64,000 nt of DNA from Hyphochytrium catenoides (GCA_900088475.1 FLMG01002942.1:1-64000), one strand, 5' to 3'; counted from the stretch's first letter, positions 24,270-37,309 are shown. The notes: generated from the letters alone by a model not told the origin. Numbers and translations are program-made.

Positions 24270-24858
24270 TGTACGGGTGGTGAGGCCTCCAGTGAGGTTA
24301 CATCATTGACACCGCCTCCTTTGGGTCATCATGCCCTCCTAGGCAGAGCTCTTTATGAATAATGAAGAAGAAAGATAGGAAAAGCTCAACAACGCTGGAC
24401 GGGTAGCCAGCCACAAGGGAGAGACAGAGAACAGAGCTATGACAGTCACAGAGAACAGAAAAAATAGCAAGGAGTAATCAAGGCAGGGCGAGAGAGAGAG
24501 AACGAGACAGAGAGAGAGTGTGTGTGTGTGTGTGAGGGAACAAGAGAGTAAGAGAGAGTGTGTGTGTGAGAGATAGTGTGTGAGAGAGGGTGTGTATGAG
24601 AGAGAGTGTGTATGAGAGAGAGTGTGTGTGAGAGAGAGTGTGTGTGTGTGTGAGAGAGAGAGGAGAGGAGAGTGAGAGAGAGAGAGGAGCAGGAAAGGGA
24701 GTGGTGGCGGACGTAGTGTCCGACCCCCGTCTTTCCCTCCTTCAGAGCAGGGTTTTTATACAACTTTTGTCCGTTCTTTTGAGTATAAGGGACAAGCCCA
24801 AGATATGACCGTATCAATATTAGGAGAGTTTGCTTCTAAAGGACATATCGTTCTTACA
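24270..24858. mobile_element. LTR-like segment interrupting the Copia pol, with a (GA)n/(GT)n tract at about 24490-24690
   Basis: TGTA...TACA ends; begins where Copia coding similarity stops; no TSD. Confidence 0.35.
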
Positions 24859-24869
24859 GCTTTTTGGTC

Positions 24870-25065
24870 ATCTCTCTCTCGCTCTCGCGCTCTCTCTCTC
24901 TTTCTCTCTTTCTCTCTCTCTCTCTTTTTCTCTTTCTCTCGCTCTCGCTCTCTTCTCTGCCTATCTCTTCCTTTGACCTACCAGCTCACTCTTCTTTTTC
25001 ATTCTCTCTTTCTCTCTCTCTCTCTTTATGTCCCTCTCTTCTTTCTCTCTCTCTCTTCTCTCTCT

Positions 25066-25110
<45 letters not shown>
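24870..25110. repeat. (CT)n-rich microsatellite
   Basis: Directly visible; further CT tracts at about 25348-25384 and 26205-26270. Confidence 0.95.
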
Positions 25111-25345
25111 GATGTCTCCCTATGTCTCTCCCCTGTCTTCACGTCTGTCTCTTCACTTTGTCTCTCTCTTGCTGTATGATTGCATGTGCAGCTTGACGCT
25201 CAAGCAACTGTGAGATTCCTCTTCCTACCCTCTCCGGCTCCACTCTTACACTGCATCATTCGAAACCATTGCCCTCCCTCCTGCTGCGGCCACCACCACC
25301 GTTAGCACCTGGCTTTCTTCCTTGTGCAGTCCCCTTTTGTCCCCT

Positions 25346-25387
<42 letters not shown>

Positions 25388-25649
25388 CATCGCATCTTGG
25401 CAAGAGAGAGAAAGAATCCAGAAACTGCACTGCCAACTGGCGTCATTGCTTACTCTCATTTCCCTATTGTCAGACCTTTGAAGAGGAATTGGAGACATCT
25501 TGCTGTCTCGCTCAGAAGCTAGCAATGGCAAAGCTCTTTCTTTTTCTCTCTCTCTGAGCAGCGATAGCTCGGACTGTCAATCTCCTTCTCTTCTCAGAAC
25601 TTTATAGTAGTGGAACTGCCAAAGCTCTGAAGGAGGAGAGAGAGAGATC

Positions 25650-26207
25650 ATGCTGACAGAAGAGGAAAGAGGGAGCTTTCGTTCTCTCTCGTCTTCCAGC
25701 AGCTCGTCTTCTTCATCCTCTCTCCTCGTCGTAATCCTTCCTGTTGCAGCTGGAGTGCCTCTTCTGCTTCTTCTCTCTTGGTGCTTGTGGCAGAGGAGAA
25801 ACAGACAGAGAGAGAGAAAGGACGACGATATTCCTGAGAAGAACCAAAATTACGGAGTTGCAGACATTGAATCTCCTCCTTACTCTTCCTTCCGCCACTC
25901 TCTTAGCAACGTAAGGAGAGAGGAAGAGAAGGTGCAAAAAGCTCTCTCTTCCTCTTCGTCATCTTCCCTTCTTTCCTCTCATCAAAGGATTGGCGCTGGA
26001 CTGATAAGCGGAAAGGACGAAGAGAGAGCAGGAGGAAGAGAGGGAGAAAAAGAGAAGACACAAGGAGAGAAGATGAGACAATCTTCTGTACCCGTCGAGG
26101 GTGCTTGGAGAGGAGACAATGTCCTAGCACCAGGAGGAAACGATCTCAAGGCTCTCCAGTTAAGAGAGCTGCAGGAGTGTATTGAAGGTTGTCCCTTTCT
26201 TTGTCTT

Positions 26208-26238
<31 letters not shown>

Positions 26239-28909
26239 TGTTCTCGCTCTCTCTCTATCTCTCACTCTCCCGCTCTTCAATCTCCGTTACTCTTTAGGGC
26301 CTTTGGTCTCTCCCTCTCTTTCCTCTTCTTTCTGTCTCCGTCTTGTTTAGGACATCTAGTCTCCATGATGTCCTCTATTCTTTCTCTTGATCAATGTCCG
26401 TGCCTGGCGAAGGAGCTGGTTTCGCTGCTTCAAGGTTGTTTTCTGCAAGCTTTCCCCCTATTGTGGACCAGCCCGTGCTCTCTCATTGTCTCTATTTCTG
26501 TTCTTTCTCTGTCTTTGGATCATTGATGCCTTACTTGCTTTCCTCCTACTCCCCTACAGCGCTGTTTGAGACACCTGAAGGTGCATGGATACGTGTGGCT
26601 GACGTTGACTACAAGCTCAGTCCCGGCACGACCTCCATCGAAAGTGGAAGAGGGAGAGAGAGAGAACGCTGGTTTCTTCTCTACGAGTGCTCTCCCCTCA
26701 ACAGATCGAGAGAGAAGTTCTTGATTAAGCTGTTTCCTAATATTCTGAAGCCTAGGGCCATGACGGAGCATCAGGCCCTTCGTTCTCTCTTGGCTTCTCC
26801 TTCCTCGCTCTCTCCGCACATTATGGAGGAGATCGCATTTGATGGAGAGGTTCGGATTGTGAGGAGAGAAGCGAAGAGGGAAGGAGAGGAACAGGGCTTT
26901 CTTCTCCTCCCTTGCGCGGCCATGGTTTTAGAGAAAGCCGGAAGCACCCTCTTGCAGATGGTTGGCGACGCGATGGATCTAAGCAGCCAGAGCACCGTGG
27001 CTATGATCACAGGTGGGACACAAGACGAAGAGAGAGAGAGAGTATCAGAGAAAAATGATAGAACAATGGGTGGATAGTGCTAGTAGAGAAGGTGAGGCTT
27101 TGATGTGGGACTCTTCTCATAGAAAGAGGGACAACGACGAGAAAGGGTAAGGAGGACGATAGAACTAGGACGGGACAGAACACATCCTTCTCTCCTCCTA
27201 AAGTCACCTGCTCAGCTGCATCTGACTCCCAAATGCTGGTCTACCCGCACTTTATTTTTTGTCTCTTCTCTCCCTGGCAATTCTTTTAAGCTCACTCTTC
27301 TCTGGATCTTCTCTTCTTTTCCTTCAATGCTAAATGTTTTCGTTGCCCATCTACAGAGAAGGTTGTTGAGTGTCTGGCACATCTACATCTTCGAGGGTTT
27401 ATCTATGGAGATCTACGGTTAGACTCTATCGTCAACGTCGGACAGTTCCCGCCCCAGCTCAAATTGATGGGCTTCGAGGGTGCCAAGAAAGAGAGAACGC
27501 TGTTCTCTTCTGAGTGTGTCTCACCCGAGTATTGCCCTCCGGAGATGGCCGTCCATTTGACCAAGAAGAAGGGCGGTGATAGGGCGCCAGAAGGAGTGAA
27601 AGCGCATTCAAGCTATGACATCTGGTGCCTCGGCGTCCTTATCCTTAAAATGTATGCAAGGGGCCAGCCGTTGGAGGAGTTTCGCAATCTAGAGGAGACG
27701 GGAGCAGGGAGGAGACTGACGACAGATAATATCTGTCTCTCCTCGTCACCAGCAATCATCGCAGCTCTTGCTTCTCCCTCTTTCTCCTTTCAAAGGAGCA
27801 TTAGAAAGTTTGTTAGGCACGAGCCTATGCAAGATCTAGTCTCTCTTTGCCTTCAACGCAACCCTCAGAGCCGCCCCTCTGCCCGCTCTGTTATCTCTCT
27901 TCTCTCCCGCATCCGCTTCCAGAGTGGAGAGGCTGCGGATAACAGGAGAACCCGAAGAAAGAAGGCGAGAGAAGATATCGACCCTGAAGAGGAAGAGGAA
28001 ACGAGAAATAGATTGAAAGAGCTTCGCGGACAATCTCTGCCTTCTCTATGGATACTTCTTCCTGAGTCCAGGCCAAAAGAAGGTGGAGGCTGGGGCAGGA
28101 GACTGAAAAAGTCGAAAGTGTTTGACCAAGAGTTTTCTCTGGAGTTCGTCTGTGAAGGGCATTCTGGGGATATTCCTTGTGCATCAAGGCAGCCTCTTTC
28201 TCTTTCTTCTCTCTCTCTCGCGTCATCTGGTTCGTCTCTCTCCTCCTCATTGTCCTCATTGGCCCCTGACCCCTTGGAGCTTCTTCGTGGCGCTTGGCAA
28301 GTCTTCCACAGCACACTGCTGCTTATCAGGGCTGCGGGGATTGTGGAAGACGAGTCTGCGCTCTCTCTCCTTGGCGCATTAGGAAAAAGAGAGCCTGTCG
28401 GGAACCAGCAACATATGTATGAGACCCTCCTTTCTTCTCTCTCTTTCTCATCTCTCCCTCCTCCCAGTGAGGCTGCCGTGAGGCTGCAGAAAGAGCTGGA
28501 GGTCTTCACTCTTTTGGAGCTGGAAGGAACGAGAAAGAGACAAACGACAGCAAGCAGGGAAGGTATGGGAGAGCTCATAGGTGAGGCTCTTGGCTTGATG
28601 AATGCGATGCTCGCAGAAGATAGACGAAAGGAACTTCTGTCACTTCTCTCTTCCCTCTTTCCTTCTAATGATTGGACGAAAAGCGCAACGTTGGGCGGTC
28701 TCCGTCCGGTGAGGGTGAAAGCCTCTCAACGGCTCAACGAGGAAACAGAGATACGCTGGGTTTGCGCTAATCATGCGAGAGACTCTACTTGGTATGAAAG
28801 AGGGAGTTTGAGAGAGAACGATAACTACTCTTCAGATGAGGAAGGAGAAGAAGACGAAGACACTGAAGACGCAGAGTCTGAGCGACCCATGGGCTCTTCT
28901 TACTATTAG
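25650..28909 (+). CDS. Single-pass membrane pseudokinase with C-terminal Cys/His domain; exons 25650-26187, 26351-26434, 26560-27012, 27357-28909 (875 aa; true start may be upstream)
   Basis: TM LLVVILPVAAGVPLLLLLSWCLW followed by a basic stretch. Kinase motifs: FLIK, TEH, MVLEKA, HLHLRGFIYGDLRLDS, LKLMGFE, SPEYCPPE, YDIWCLG, CLQRNPQSRPSA. Three phase-1 GT-AG introns keep one frame. Confidence 0.8.
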
Positions 28910-31900
28910 TCTATCTATCGGCCATGCTCAAGCTTGGCTGGACGATTCGAAGAGGCACTTCCTTCTTGGTCGAACGAGTACTCTCTGCTTGCCGTTCTCT
29001 AGCCTTTTGTCTTGCAGCACAGGATGGTTCGCGCTCCCTCTCTCTCTCTCCCTTATACTAATCGCACATTTGATGATGGCTTATCTTTTACATTGTCGTC
29101 ACTTATAAAAATATATATCATTACTCTCCCTGCGCTGTTCAAGCAAGCATAAAACGACTATAAATGGTATGATGACATTCCCTTTCCACGACTCAGTGGT
29201 CGTTCGCATTACCTCTATAAAGCTTCTGACGAGTAAATGCATGAGAGAGAGAGATGTCCTGGTGGCATCATCATAGCAACGCTCATCAACGCTTAAAGAC
29301 ACAGTTGAACACCCGTAGGGAATAGAGGAAAAAACATTCTGAGGCGCAGCTTAGAGACATGCTTAGATCGTACATCCCAGCTAGCGATAATCTCAAGGTC
29401 AAACACCAGAGAAAGAAGGCAGGTGCCACGTGGAGAGGGCACGACAGAACCTTTATAAGCCGTCGACCACTTTGTCCTCTTCTTACTGCTCGTCTGCATG
29501 GACAGTATCAACAAGCAGCATGCATGGAGAGCGGCACAGCCCGGAGCAAGTTTCCGTTCGCTCCTTGTAGCACAACCTCTAGATGCTTGTTTTTAATCTT
29601 CTCTTGCTAATGCTGCATGTTCCGCCCACAAGGGTCGACGGGTACTTACTTTCCTTTCACCTCTTCCCGCCTGTATGTTTTTTGTTGTCTGATTCTTAGT
29701 TGTTGATGAGCACACAGAAGGACGACTTAGCTTTTTCTAGCGCTGTCCTACTATCCAACGAAGAAGAGGCAAGAGTGGATCATGAGAAGACAGTCAGTGA
29801 AAGGGCTCCTCCTCTCTTTTGATTGGCCTCGAAGCCTTTTGTACCATGTCAAGCAGATCGCTGGGCTATTGCTGAAGTGCCTTCTTCTACTGCTCCTTTA
29901 CCCATCAGCGGTACTGGTGCTATTTCCTCTTGCTTGGTTGGCTCCATGGGTTTTCGCACTACTAGGTCATCATCTTTCCCCTCTCACTCCTCTATTTGCT
30001 CATTGGCTCTTTTTCTAGTTAAGAGGCTCGGGGAAGATGATAGGGAACGGCGCATGGTTTTCTTCTCCTTTGTACAGGCAGCCTCTTCTCTAGCCTTGTC
30101 ATCTCAAGCACCTCCTTATAGAGAGAGATGATGGCAGCTGCAACACCCGCCTTTCTCTTCTGATCATCACATTTAACGGACGGGACTATCCGCCGTACTG
30201 CCAGACATCTTTGTGCTCTGTCCCTTCTTCCTCTGCTCCCTCGCAAGCTCTGAACTAATCACATTTAGCAGACATTGTGTTAGTAGGGACTAGCGGACTG
30301 TGCGGCCTAACTCGCAAGGGAACCACTGACCGTCACTCCTCTCTCCCGCAGTCAATGTTCAGCTTCATTACCTCTCTATCTTCGATCTTCTCATAGTTCA
30401 CAGTCGCGAGGAGAGTAAAAGCTGCCACCAGGAAGAGGAGCAAGGAATCGAACTTTGCGGGGTGGTGACATCTGAGAGATCATAGATAAGAGAATGGCAT
30501 CACGGGGCCATCAATGTGATAAGAGAAGCAACTGCTACAGGGGGGGAATGCCTGAGGGAAGAAACGAGGCATTGAGCTTCTTCAGCCGCTGCGATTTAAA
30601 GAGAGCATGCAAGTGGGAAGAGACGGACAAGAGACAGCAGGAGAAGAGGGAGGGAAGAGGTTGAGCGCCGATGAACGATGATAAAATCCAGCAGAGAACG
30701 TGAGACAAGGGGCTGCTGGGACCATCAGCAACTTCAAGGACAAGAGCTTTGTTGGCTGCGGCCGAACTAGATTCTTTCCTGTCACAAAAGAAGGAAATGA
30801 ACAAAAGAAGATTTTTTTAAAATGTGTCTCTTGACAGGTTCGGAACAATGTGGAAGCAGCGGGAGGAAGAAGACACTTTCCCGCAGGGAGGAGTTCCTTC
30901 TTTGCTCTATCCTCTTCCTCTTCTAATTGGAACGGGGGTGCTGCTCCGCAGATTGTTTGACTAAAAGAACTCCTGCTCTGAAGGTGCGGCTCCCTCACTG
31001 AACCGTCCTTCGTTCTGAGCTGCGGGAGAGAAAAAGGAGGAAGGCAGATTCCGACTGGAAGGGTTAGCGTCATCATCTCCTTTCAATCGCTTTCCCAATC
31101 CTCCCGTCTCAGCTGTCTAGTGCAGCAGCATGCAATGTCGCAAGAGTTACGACAGCAGACCTTTTGAAAGAACCTTGTCTCGGCCACCGACAGGCTCACT
31201 TAGATCAGCATCGTCTCTGCCGCTTCGAGAATCAGTCTTCCTGCTGCATCATTCTTAGGGTCAAGGCTATCATAATACCGCCACTATGAGACACTTTCGT
31301 CTCTTCTTCATGAAATGACGAGAAGGCATAGGGTGGTGAGAGTAGCGATGGCTATCAGCAGCGGATGAGGTAATAAAAAGAAGAAAAGGCGGAGATGTGA
31401 CTGCTGTCCGTTCTCTGGCTACCCATATCCCTTCTCTGGCTAATGTCCATCTCCACTCCTGCAGATACGAGAAGGGTAGATAACGTAACCATAGGTCGTA
31501 GCAATAGAGTCCTACCCGAGAGGTGACGGTGAGCTGCGACGATAGATCATTCCTGGAATTTCGTGAAGCGGCAACGGCCAAGCAATGCATGGGAGAATAG
31601 AGTGGTAGAGACGGGCGAAGACGGTAGGAAAGCTTCAAGTGAGACCAGACGGCGAGTGCAGCTGCAGCGCTCTTCTGCTCATGTTCTGCCTACAGATCTG
31701 CGGCACTGTGAGTCACTGGAAGCCATCATTGGCAAGCACCTAAATATCCAGTTACTTCTAGTAGGCTTCTAAGGCACACAAGCTTCGATAGTGAGGGCCA
31801 AGGAATCAGTATAAGGTAACCGCCACAAGGTCATGAGCAGAGATGCATGATCTCAAGGTTCTGTCGGTTGGTAGCAGCGCAGTGACAGAGCAAAGGCCTG

Positions 31901-34900
31901 TTCTTCCTTCTTCTCTTCGCCGAGGGTCAATGGAAAGAGGTGGTAGAGGTGGCATCCATGTACAAACTTCCGTGATGAAGTCAAAGAAGATCGGTGTATA
32001 TGCAAGGCAGCCATAGAAGCCAAGAAATTTCCTTTGAACTGTAGATATCAAGGTAGCATAATAAACCAGTGATGGGAGGAAAGAGATGCGTAGAAAGTTC
32101 CGTCATCGGTCATAAGAGAAGAGACAGCCATCCTTCTTTTCTTGAAAAGTTTGCGGGAAGAAGAAGAGTGAGTTCCATAGTGACATAGGATACCCTGTCC
32201 TTCTTTCTTCTGAGAGAACATTAGTGCGTCTGGCCGTTCTCGTCGCACATCCTCCTGTCAGCTCAGAGCTTCATAGATAGTATTGCCTCTACCGCTATAA
32301 TAAGAGCCTGCTGTTCCTTTTGATGGAGAAGAGATAATGGTCAAGAGGCTTACCTTTGATAATGAGGACGAGAGCTCAATAGCAGGGGCCCGACACTAGC
32401 ATCGAGGGAAGACAGAAGAAGAAAGAAGCTCAACCTTCGCCACCATTTTTGATATTTCAGTTCCAAGAACACTAGACATGATCCGTATCTTTGTTCCTAA
32501 AGATAGCACCCATTATCATCATCGTCTTTTGACAGCGGGCGCTGCTTCTCCTGCTTGGTTTCTGTTGGCCGTTTGACAGGAAGGAAGTAGTATAAGTGCA
32601 CTCTCGCTATGCCTGCCATGACAACATAGAAGAAACAAGACAGCCCATTCTTCTAGTCTGTGAACAAGAGCGACCAAAGAATAGTTGTTCCTGTTTTTTT
32701 GCGCTAGAGAAGCTATCTGACTGCTGCTTTCCTCCTCACTCCCACCACGGTCCTGCCCGTCCACCCGTCTAAGAAAACAACAAGAAGAGATAGGTAGTCC
32801 ATAATAAAGAAGCGGAAGTGATGACAGTTCATGACAGTTACCTGATGATGGCTTGGTGGTGGTGCACCTTTTTCAAACAGAGGTGTATTGCCTTCGTCTC
32901 CTTCTTCATCAATGGACGTCTCGACCTTCAGCAGTAGTGCCGTAGATCAATCATCAGAAGAACAACCCTCATTCACTGCTTTCTTATAAAAAGCTAGAAG
33001 AGGTAAGAAGAGAAGCGGAGGATAGATGATTTCCTCATGGTCAATGGCACTGCCAGCCAACTCCTGATGTTATAAAACAATAAGAAGACCTCACGAGCCC
33101 AAGAGCCGCTTCCCACAGACAGTGATAGACATAGGACAAGGCCGTTAGATGATGAACATCAGACGAGACAGAGTCGCTCCCCCTTCTTCTTCTCCTCTCT
33201 TTGGGTTACCGAAGAGCCAGCGCAACACCAAAAGTCTCAGGTTTACAAACCGTTACACAGGCGGAAGGGAGCGAATAATGGATGGCCCTTAGGGGAGACA
33301 CCCACCCATCCCAGACTCCCCAATATATTTATAAGAGCCACTCCCCCACCCGCCTTCTGGCAGGACCGCAAGGTTCTATCTAGGACACAGAGGACAGGGG
33401 AGAGGCTCGCAGTCTGACAGAGTAAGAGACTAGCCACTTGGGAAGCCAGGAAATCTATAGAGTAAACGGTCAACACACAAGCCAAGCAAACAAGCACATC
33501 ATCTTCCTTGGTCAGCAGCTTCTTCTTCTTCTTTCGCCTTTAGTTAGTTCAAGGCATTGACCCGCCTGTCGGGGCGATCCCTTGTTTGTAGGCCAAAGAA
33601 AAGCTTCCTCATCCTGCTCCGGACTGGTCAAAGGCTGATGTCCAGAATGTGGCGTGTCCCCAAAATTCTTGGGAAAGAAGGCGGAAGCTTGATATCACTA
33701 TCTGGCTGGCGGTGGGATCTTGTTCTTTTATAAATAGTAGTTCTAATATAAATAGTAGTTCTAATAGCTCTTCTGGTCCTACAGGTAGTCCTAACCGGCC
33801 AATGTTTGGCCACTTCTCAGTGATGTGCGTACAGGTAGTGATGCGACTTATTTGGTATGGGCAACAGGCACGATAATAACAATGTACGGGATGATGTGCG
33901 GCAACAAGTAAGAAGAGGAGCGCTACTACTGGCCAATAGAGCAGACAAGAGAATGGTCATGATGCCTCAATCAACGATAAAAATCTATCAGCTCAGACCC
34001 CAGGTGGTGGCTGTGGCGCTTGCAACATTATCATCAGTGCCAATACCTTTTCCGGTTCCGATGACTGGTTGCTAGTGACTGACTGATGGTAGGAGGAGCA
34101 GTTAGCACTTCGCATGCATTCGGCGCTGCCCTCTTGGTTGTTCTCTTACTCTAATAATGAGGAGATTGACACAGGGTGTGATGCCAGCGCGAAACTGACC
34201 ACACAGCTACAGTCTGACCACACAGTGAGAAGAAGTTGCGATCTATATTCACCCTTTGTACGAGGAAGAGCTGGTTCAAGACAACTTGGGGGCTAAGACC
34301 AACCTATTGGCACTCCATCAACTTAGAAAGACTCAAGGGTAAGAAGAAGTAGGAATATGATCGCTCACGTGTCGATTAGAGCTCTTCGTTCAACCCAGAT
34401 ACACTTACGAAGGGGAGGAGGAACTAAGAAGTCAGCTTTCTGCCACCTCGCCCCTTGCCTGATGCTTGGTTGAACTCGGCACCATCGTTGCATCGCTGCT
34501 AGATCTCCATGTGAGTCTGTTAGAGTAATAAGAGTCCACTGCTGGTCTCTGTCTCCGTCGTCAATAGGCAACCCAATCCTAATAACCCGTAGCAAACAGA
34601 CTAGCCGCGTCTAGTAATGGCCACACAGCCCTCGGCACCATGGGCTCAACCCATTTCGTTCTTCCACAGCCATCTTGTCTTCAATGCAGCTTGAACTTCT
34701 CTTTTTTGGCCGGTGTATCACAAAACCCGGCCATCCTCTTGACGTAAAAACGCAGCGCTAGCCATCTTCACTTGTCGCATCGTCACTTACCATGAACCCA
34801 TCCTTCTCCCTACCTGCTTGCACCCAAAGTTCTTATCCGCAACGTCAACCAGGTAAGCATAGCAAACATCCTCGTCACGTCATCAGCACCCGCCCTAGCT

Positions 34901-36124
34901 ACCCTTAACCACCCAGTCATCTCTCCACCTCCCTGTCTTTGTCCTACATTTGAAGGTCAAGCGCTTGCTGAATGCGTCCTATGCATCTCACTGTTGCCCT
35001 TCTTCTGGTCCTTGCACTGGGTCGTCCGTGAAATAGGGAAGAGACCCCTACCCTTCCTGAATGGCGAACACCAATTGATTGACAAGGTGAAAGTTAGTTT
35101 GATAATCAGCAGTGCCCATTCTCTCTGGTTAAGTGATCCCAACTCCTTGTACTAAGGCCTTTTTGCCGGTGATCTCCGTTGTGTTGATAGAGTGTCAATA
35201 TTGCTGGCTACGCCGTCGTCTATTACTGCAGCAGATCACGGAGACAGGCGTGAAGGAGATCCTACAAGTGACACCTCTGCACTGTCGGGAGCCGCCGCCT
35301 CTTATGGCGATAACCGGCTGCTGTTCATCACTCCTCCGCCCATACCCTAGTTTAAGAAGCGCACCTTCATCATTGGGGTGTCGCTCCTACTCCTCCTCTG
35401 ACGTCGATCTTCTCCTTACACAGACACTACTTACTGACCCTTGTCACTCTGCTCTTCCAGTCCTCGTCGTTGATCTTTTCTACTCTCTGTGAAGCTGGTA
35501 GACTCTTCTCTGTCAAGGTTGCGTGTGTCCTCTGCCTCCTGCCGCCTGCTTGAACTTGACTCATCCAGAGCGTGTAGCGTTCCAAAAAGGCAGTTCTAGT
35601 GATGGTGCCAGATATTAGAAGCTGATGACGACGGGATTTAAGCCCTTAAGCCTTCCCGTTACGGTCAATATGATCTTCGCATCACCGCATGCACACAGAA
35701 GCAGGGGCGCCTAAGCTAGAGGATTGCCGACAAGGCCTAATCTTCATCAAAGTTCCTTGGCTTCAGTAAAGTCTAGAAATAAGAAAGGGCAGTTGTTTGT
35801 GCTGCCCGTTGGGCCCGCTCCCATCTTATGCAGGTCTTGTGCCCGCCGCCGTCTACTTCCTCCTATTAGCTCACTACTCTAATATATGAAGACAACGCAA
35901 GCCGTGCTGCCAATGGATTCACTTCCCTGTCATAGCTCTTGGTGGTCTTCCAAAGACCGCCAAATGTCTCATTTCCCACAGTCGAGGAAAGGACTCACAA
36001 TGGTGGTACATAGATTACTCTTCTTACATCCTGAGAAAAGGAAGAGAGATCACAGTAGACATGAAGCGATCTGCTCACCAAGCGGAGCTTCCCTGACGAA
36101 CGGCCTGCTGGCTATATACTAACA

Positions 36125-37309
36125 TCAACAGAGTAGTAGATCTTGAATAGGCTCATGATGCTCTGTCTCTTTGCTCCTGTTTCTCACTAGTTCTTCTAGC
36201 CGCCTTCTCTCTTCCTCCATTTGCTTCTGTTCCGCTTTTGGCCCGGATGGCAAGCCTTCAGTGCCAGTCCAGCTGCTACCACTTGAGCAACTGCTAAAGT
36301 CGTCCTCATCATCATGGTAGCGGTGGATAAGAGGGAGTAGAGACGATGAGAATGTAGAACTGTTCACGGTGGCGGCGGGTATGTACAAACACTTCTCTCC
36401 ACCTCCGTCGTACAAAGTGGCCGGATAGTGTGGCTGGCTTTGTGGTGGAGAGGAAGAAGAAGAAGGGGAGCTCCCTCTGTCCGCGAGTCCAGCAGGAAAG
36501 GGACTTAGGGTGGCTGGAATCACCTTCGTTCCCAAGCGGGCAGGAGGAGATAATGGAAAGAATGCAGGGAGGAGATCGATGGGCGGGCCGTTGTTCTTGA
36601 AGATAAGTTGACGGTGTTGTCCTAGTGCTTGATTTTCTTTTTCTTGAACGTATTTGACACTGCCGAGAGGCTCACGCCCGCCCGGCGCTTCCTTGTTGGC
36701 TGAGTGACTGGAGGTCGTGGCGCCCGATAGCAGCGAAGCTCGTTGTTCTTCTTCTGTTGTCCTCGCTGCTTCCATGGCCAGCTCACAGAGAAGTTGTCTT
36801 TCTGCCATCGTCAGGCCAGTTTCTCGCTTCTGTCTCTCATCTTCAGCCAGTAGCTCCGTTGGCTCCCTTGCGACCTCTTCCTGCTGTCCCAGGAAGGCTC
36901 CATATAGTTGTTGAGCTTCTTCCTCCGGAGGCCTGTCGGGCATATTATTGACCGATAAGGAGCCACTACCGGGTGCCCAGGCTCTAAGCTTAGGAATACC
37001 GTCAAGATCAGCTTCCGTCGTCTTTCCAAGCCTTTCGGCTGGCCAAGACCGTCCTTCCCTTATAATCAGCAGCTGAGCCTGCAGGCATCCGATCGTGTGA
37101 ACCATATCTCGGACCATCTCTAAGGTTTTTGCTAGGATGGACAACTGGCTGCGCTGGTCTCCATAGCCCAGGGCCGCCACCTGGACACGAAGGATGCGGA
37201 AAGCATCTGCGATGCTCTTCACGCGTCTTTTCTCCCTCGCGTTATGGATTGTGCGCTTCTTCCGGATGTACTCCGCATCGGTAGTGTCAAGACCTCGTTT
37301 CCGCGGCAT
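36125..37309 (-). CDS. bHLH transcription factor, subfamily B1, 394 aa, intronless
   Basis: MPRKR..HNAREKRRVKSIADAFRILR..GYGDQRSQLSILAKTLEMV; long open frame. Confidence 0.9.
   Translation of the reverse strand: MPRKRGLDTTDAEYIRKKRTIHNAREKRRVKSIADAFRILRVQVAALGYGDQRSQLSILAKTLEMVRDMVHTIGCLQAQLLIIREGRSWPAERLGKTTEADLDGIPKLRAWAPGSGSLSVNNMPDRPPEEEAQQLYGAFLGQQEEVAREPTELLAEDERQKRETGLTMAERQLLCELAMEAARTTEEEQRASLLSGATTSSHSANKEAPGGREPLGSVKYVQEKENQALGQHRQLIFKNNGPPIDLLPAFFPLSPPARLGTKVIPATLSPFPAGLADRGSSPSSSSSPPQSQPHYPATLYDGGGEKCLYIPAATVNSSTFSSSLLPLIHRYHDDEDDFSSCSSGSSWTGTEGLPSGPKAEQKQMEEERRRLEELVRNRSKETEHHEPIQDLLLC

Noticed and set aside
24446-25560. Leu/Ser- or Arg/Glu-rich ORFs (also at 10060-10418 and 54217-54754)
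   Set aside because: Translations of CT/GA microsatellites.
33250-33490. TATA-containing segment with a solo-LTR look
   Set aside because: No TG start and no TSD.
34835-34872. - strand DVCYAYLVDV, resembling a HET-domain motif
   Set aside because: Flanking HET motifs are absent and the frame has stops on both sides.
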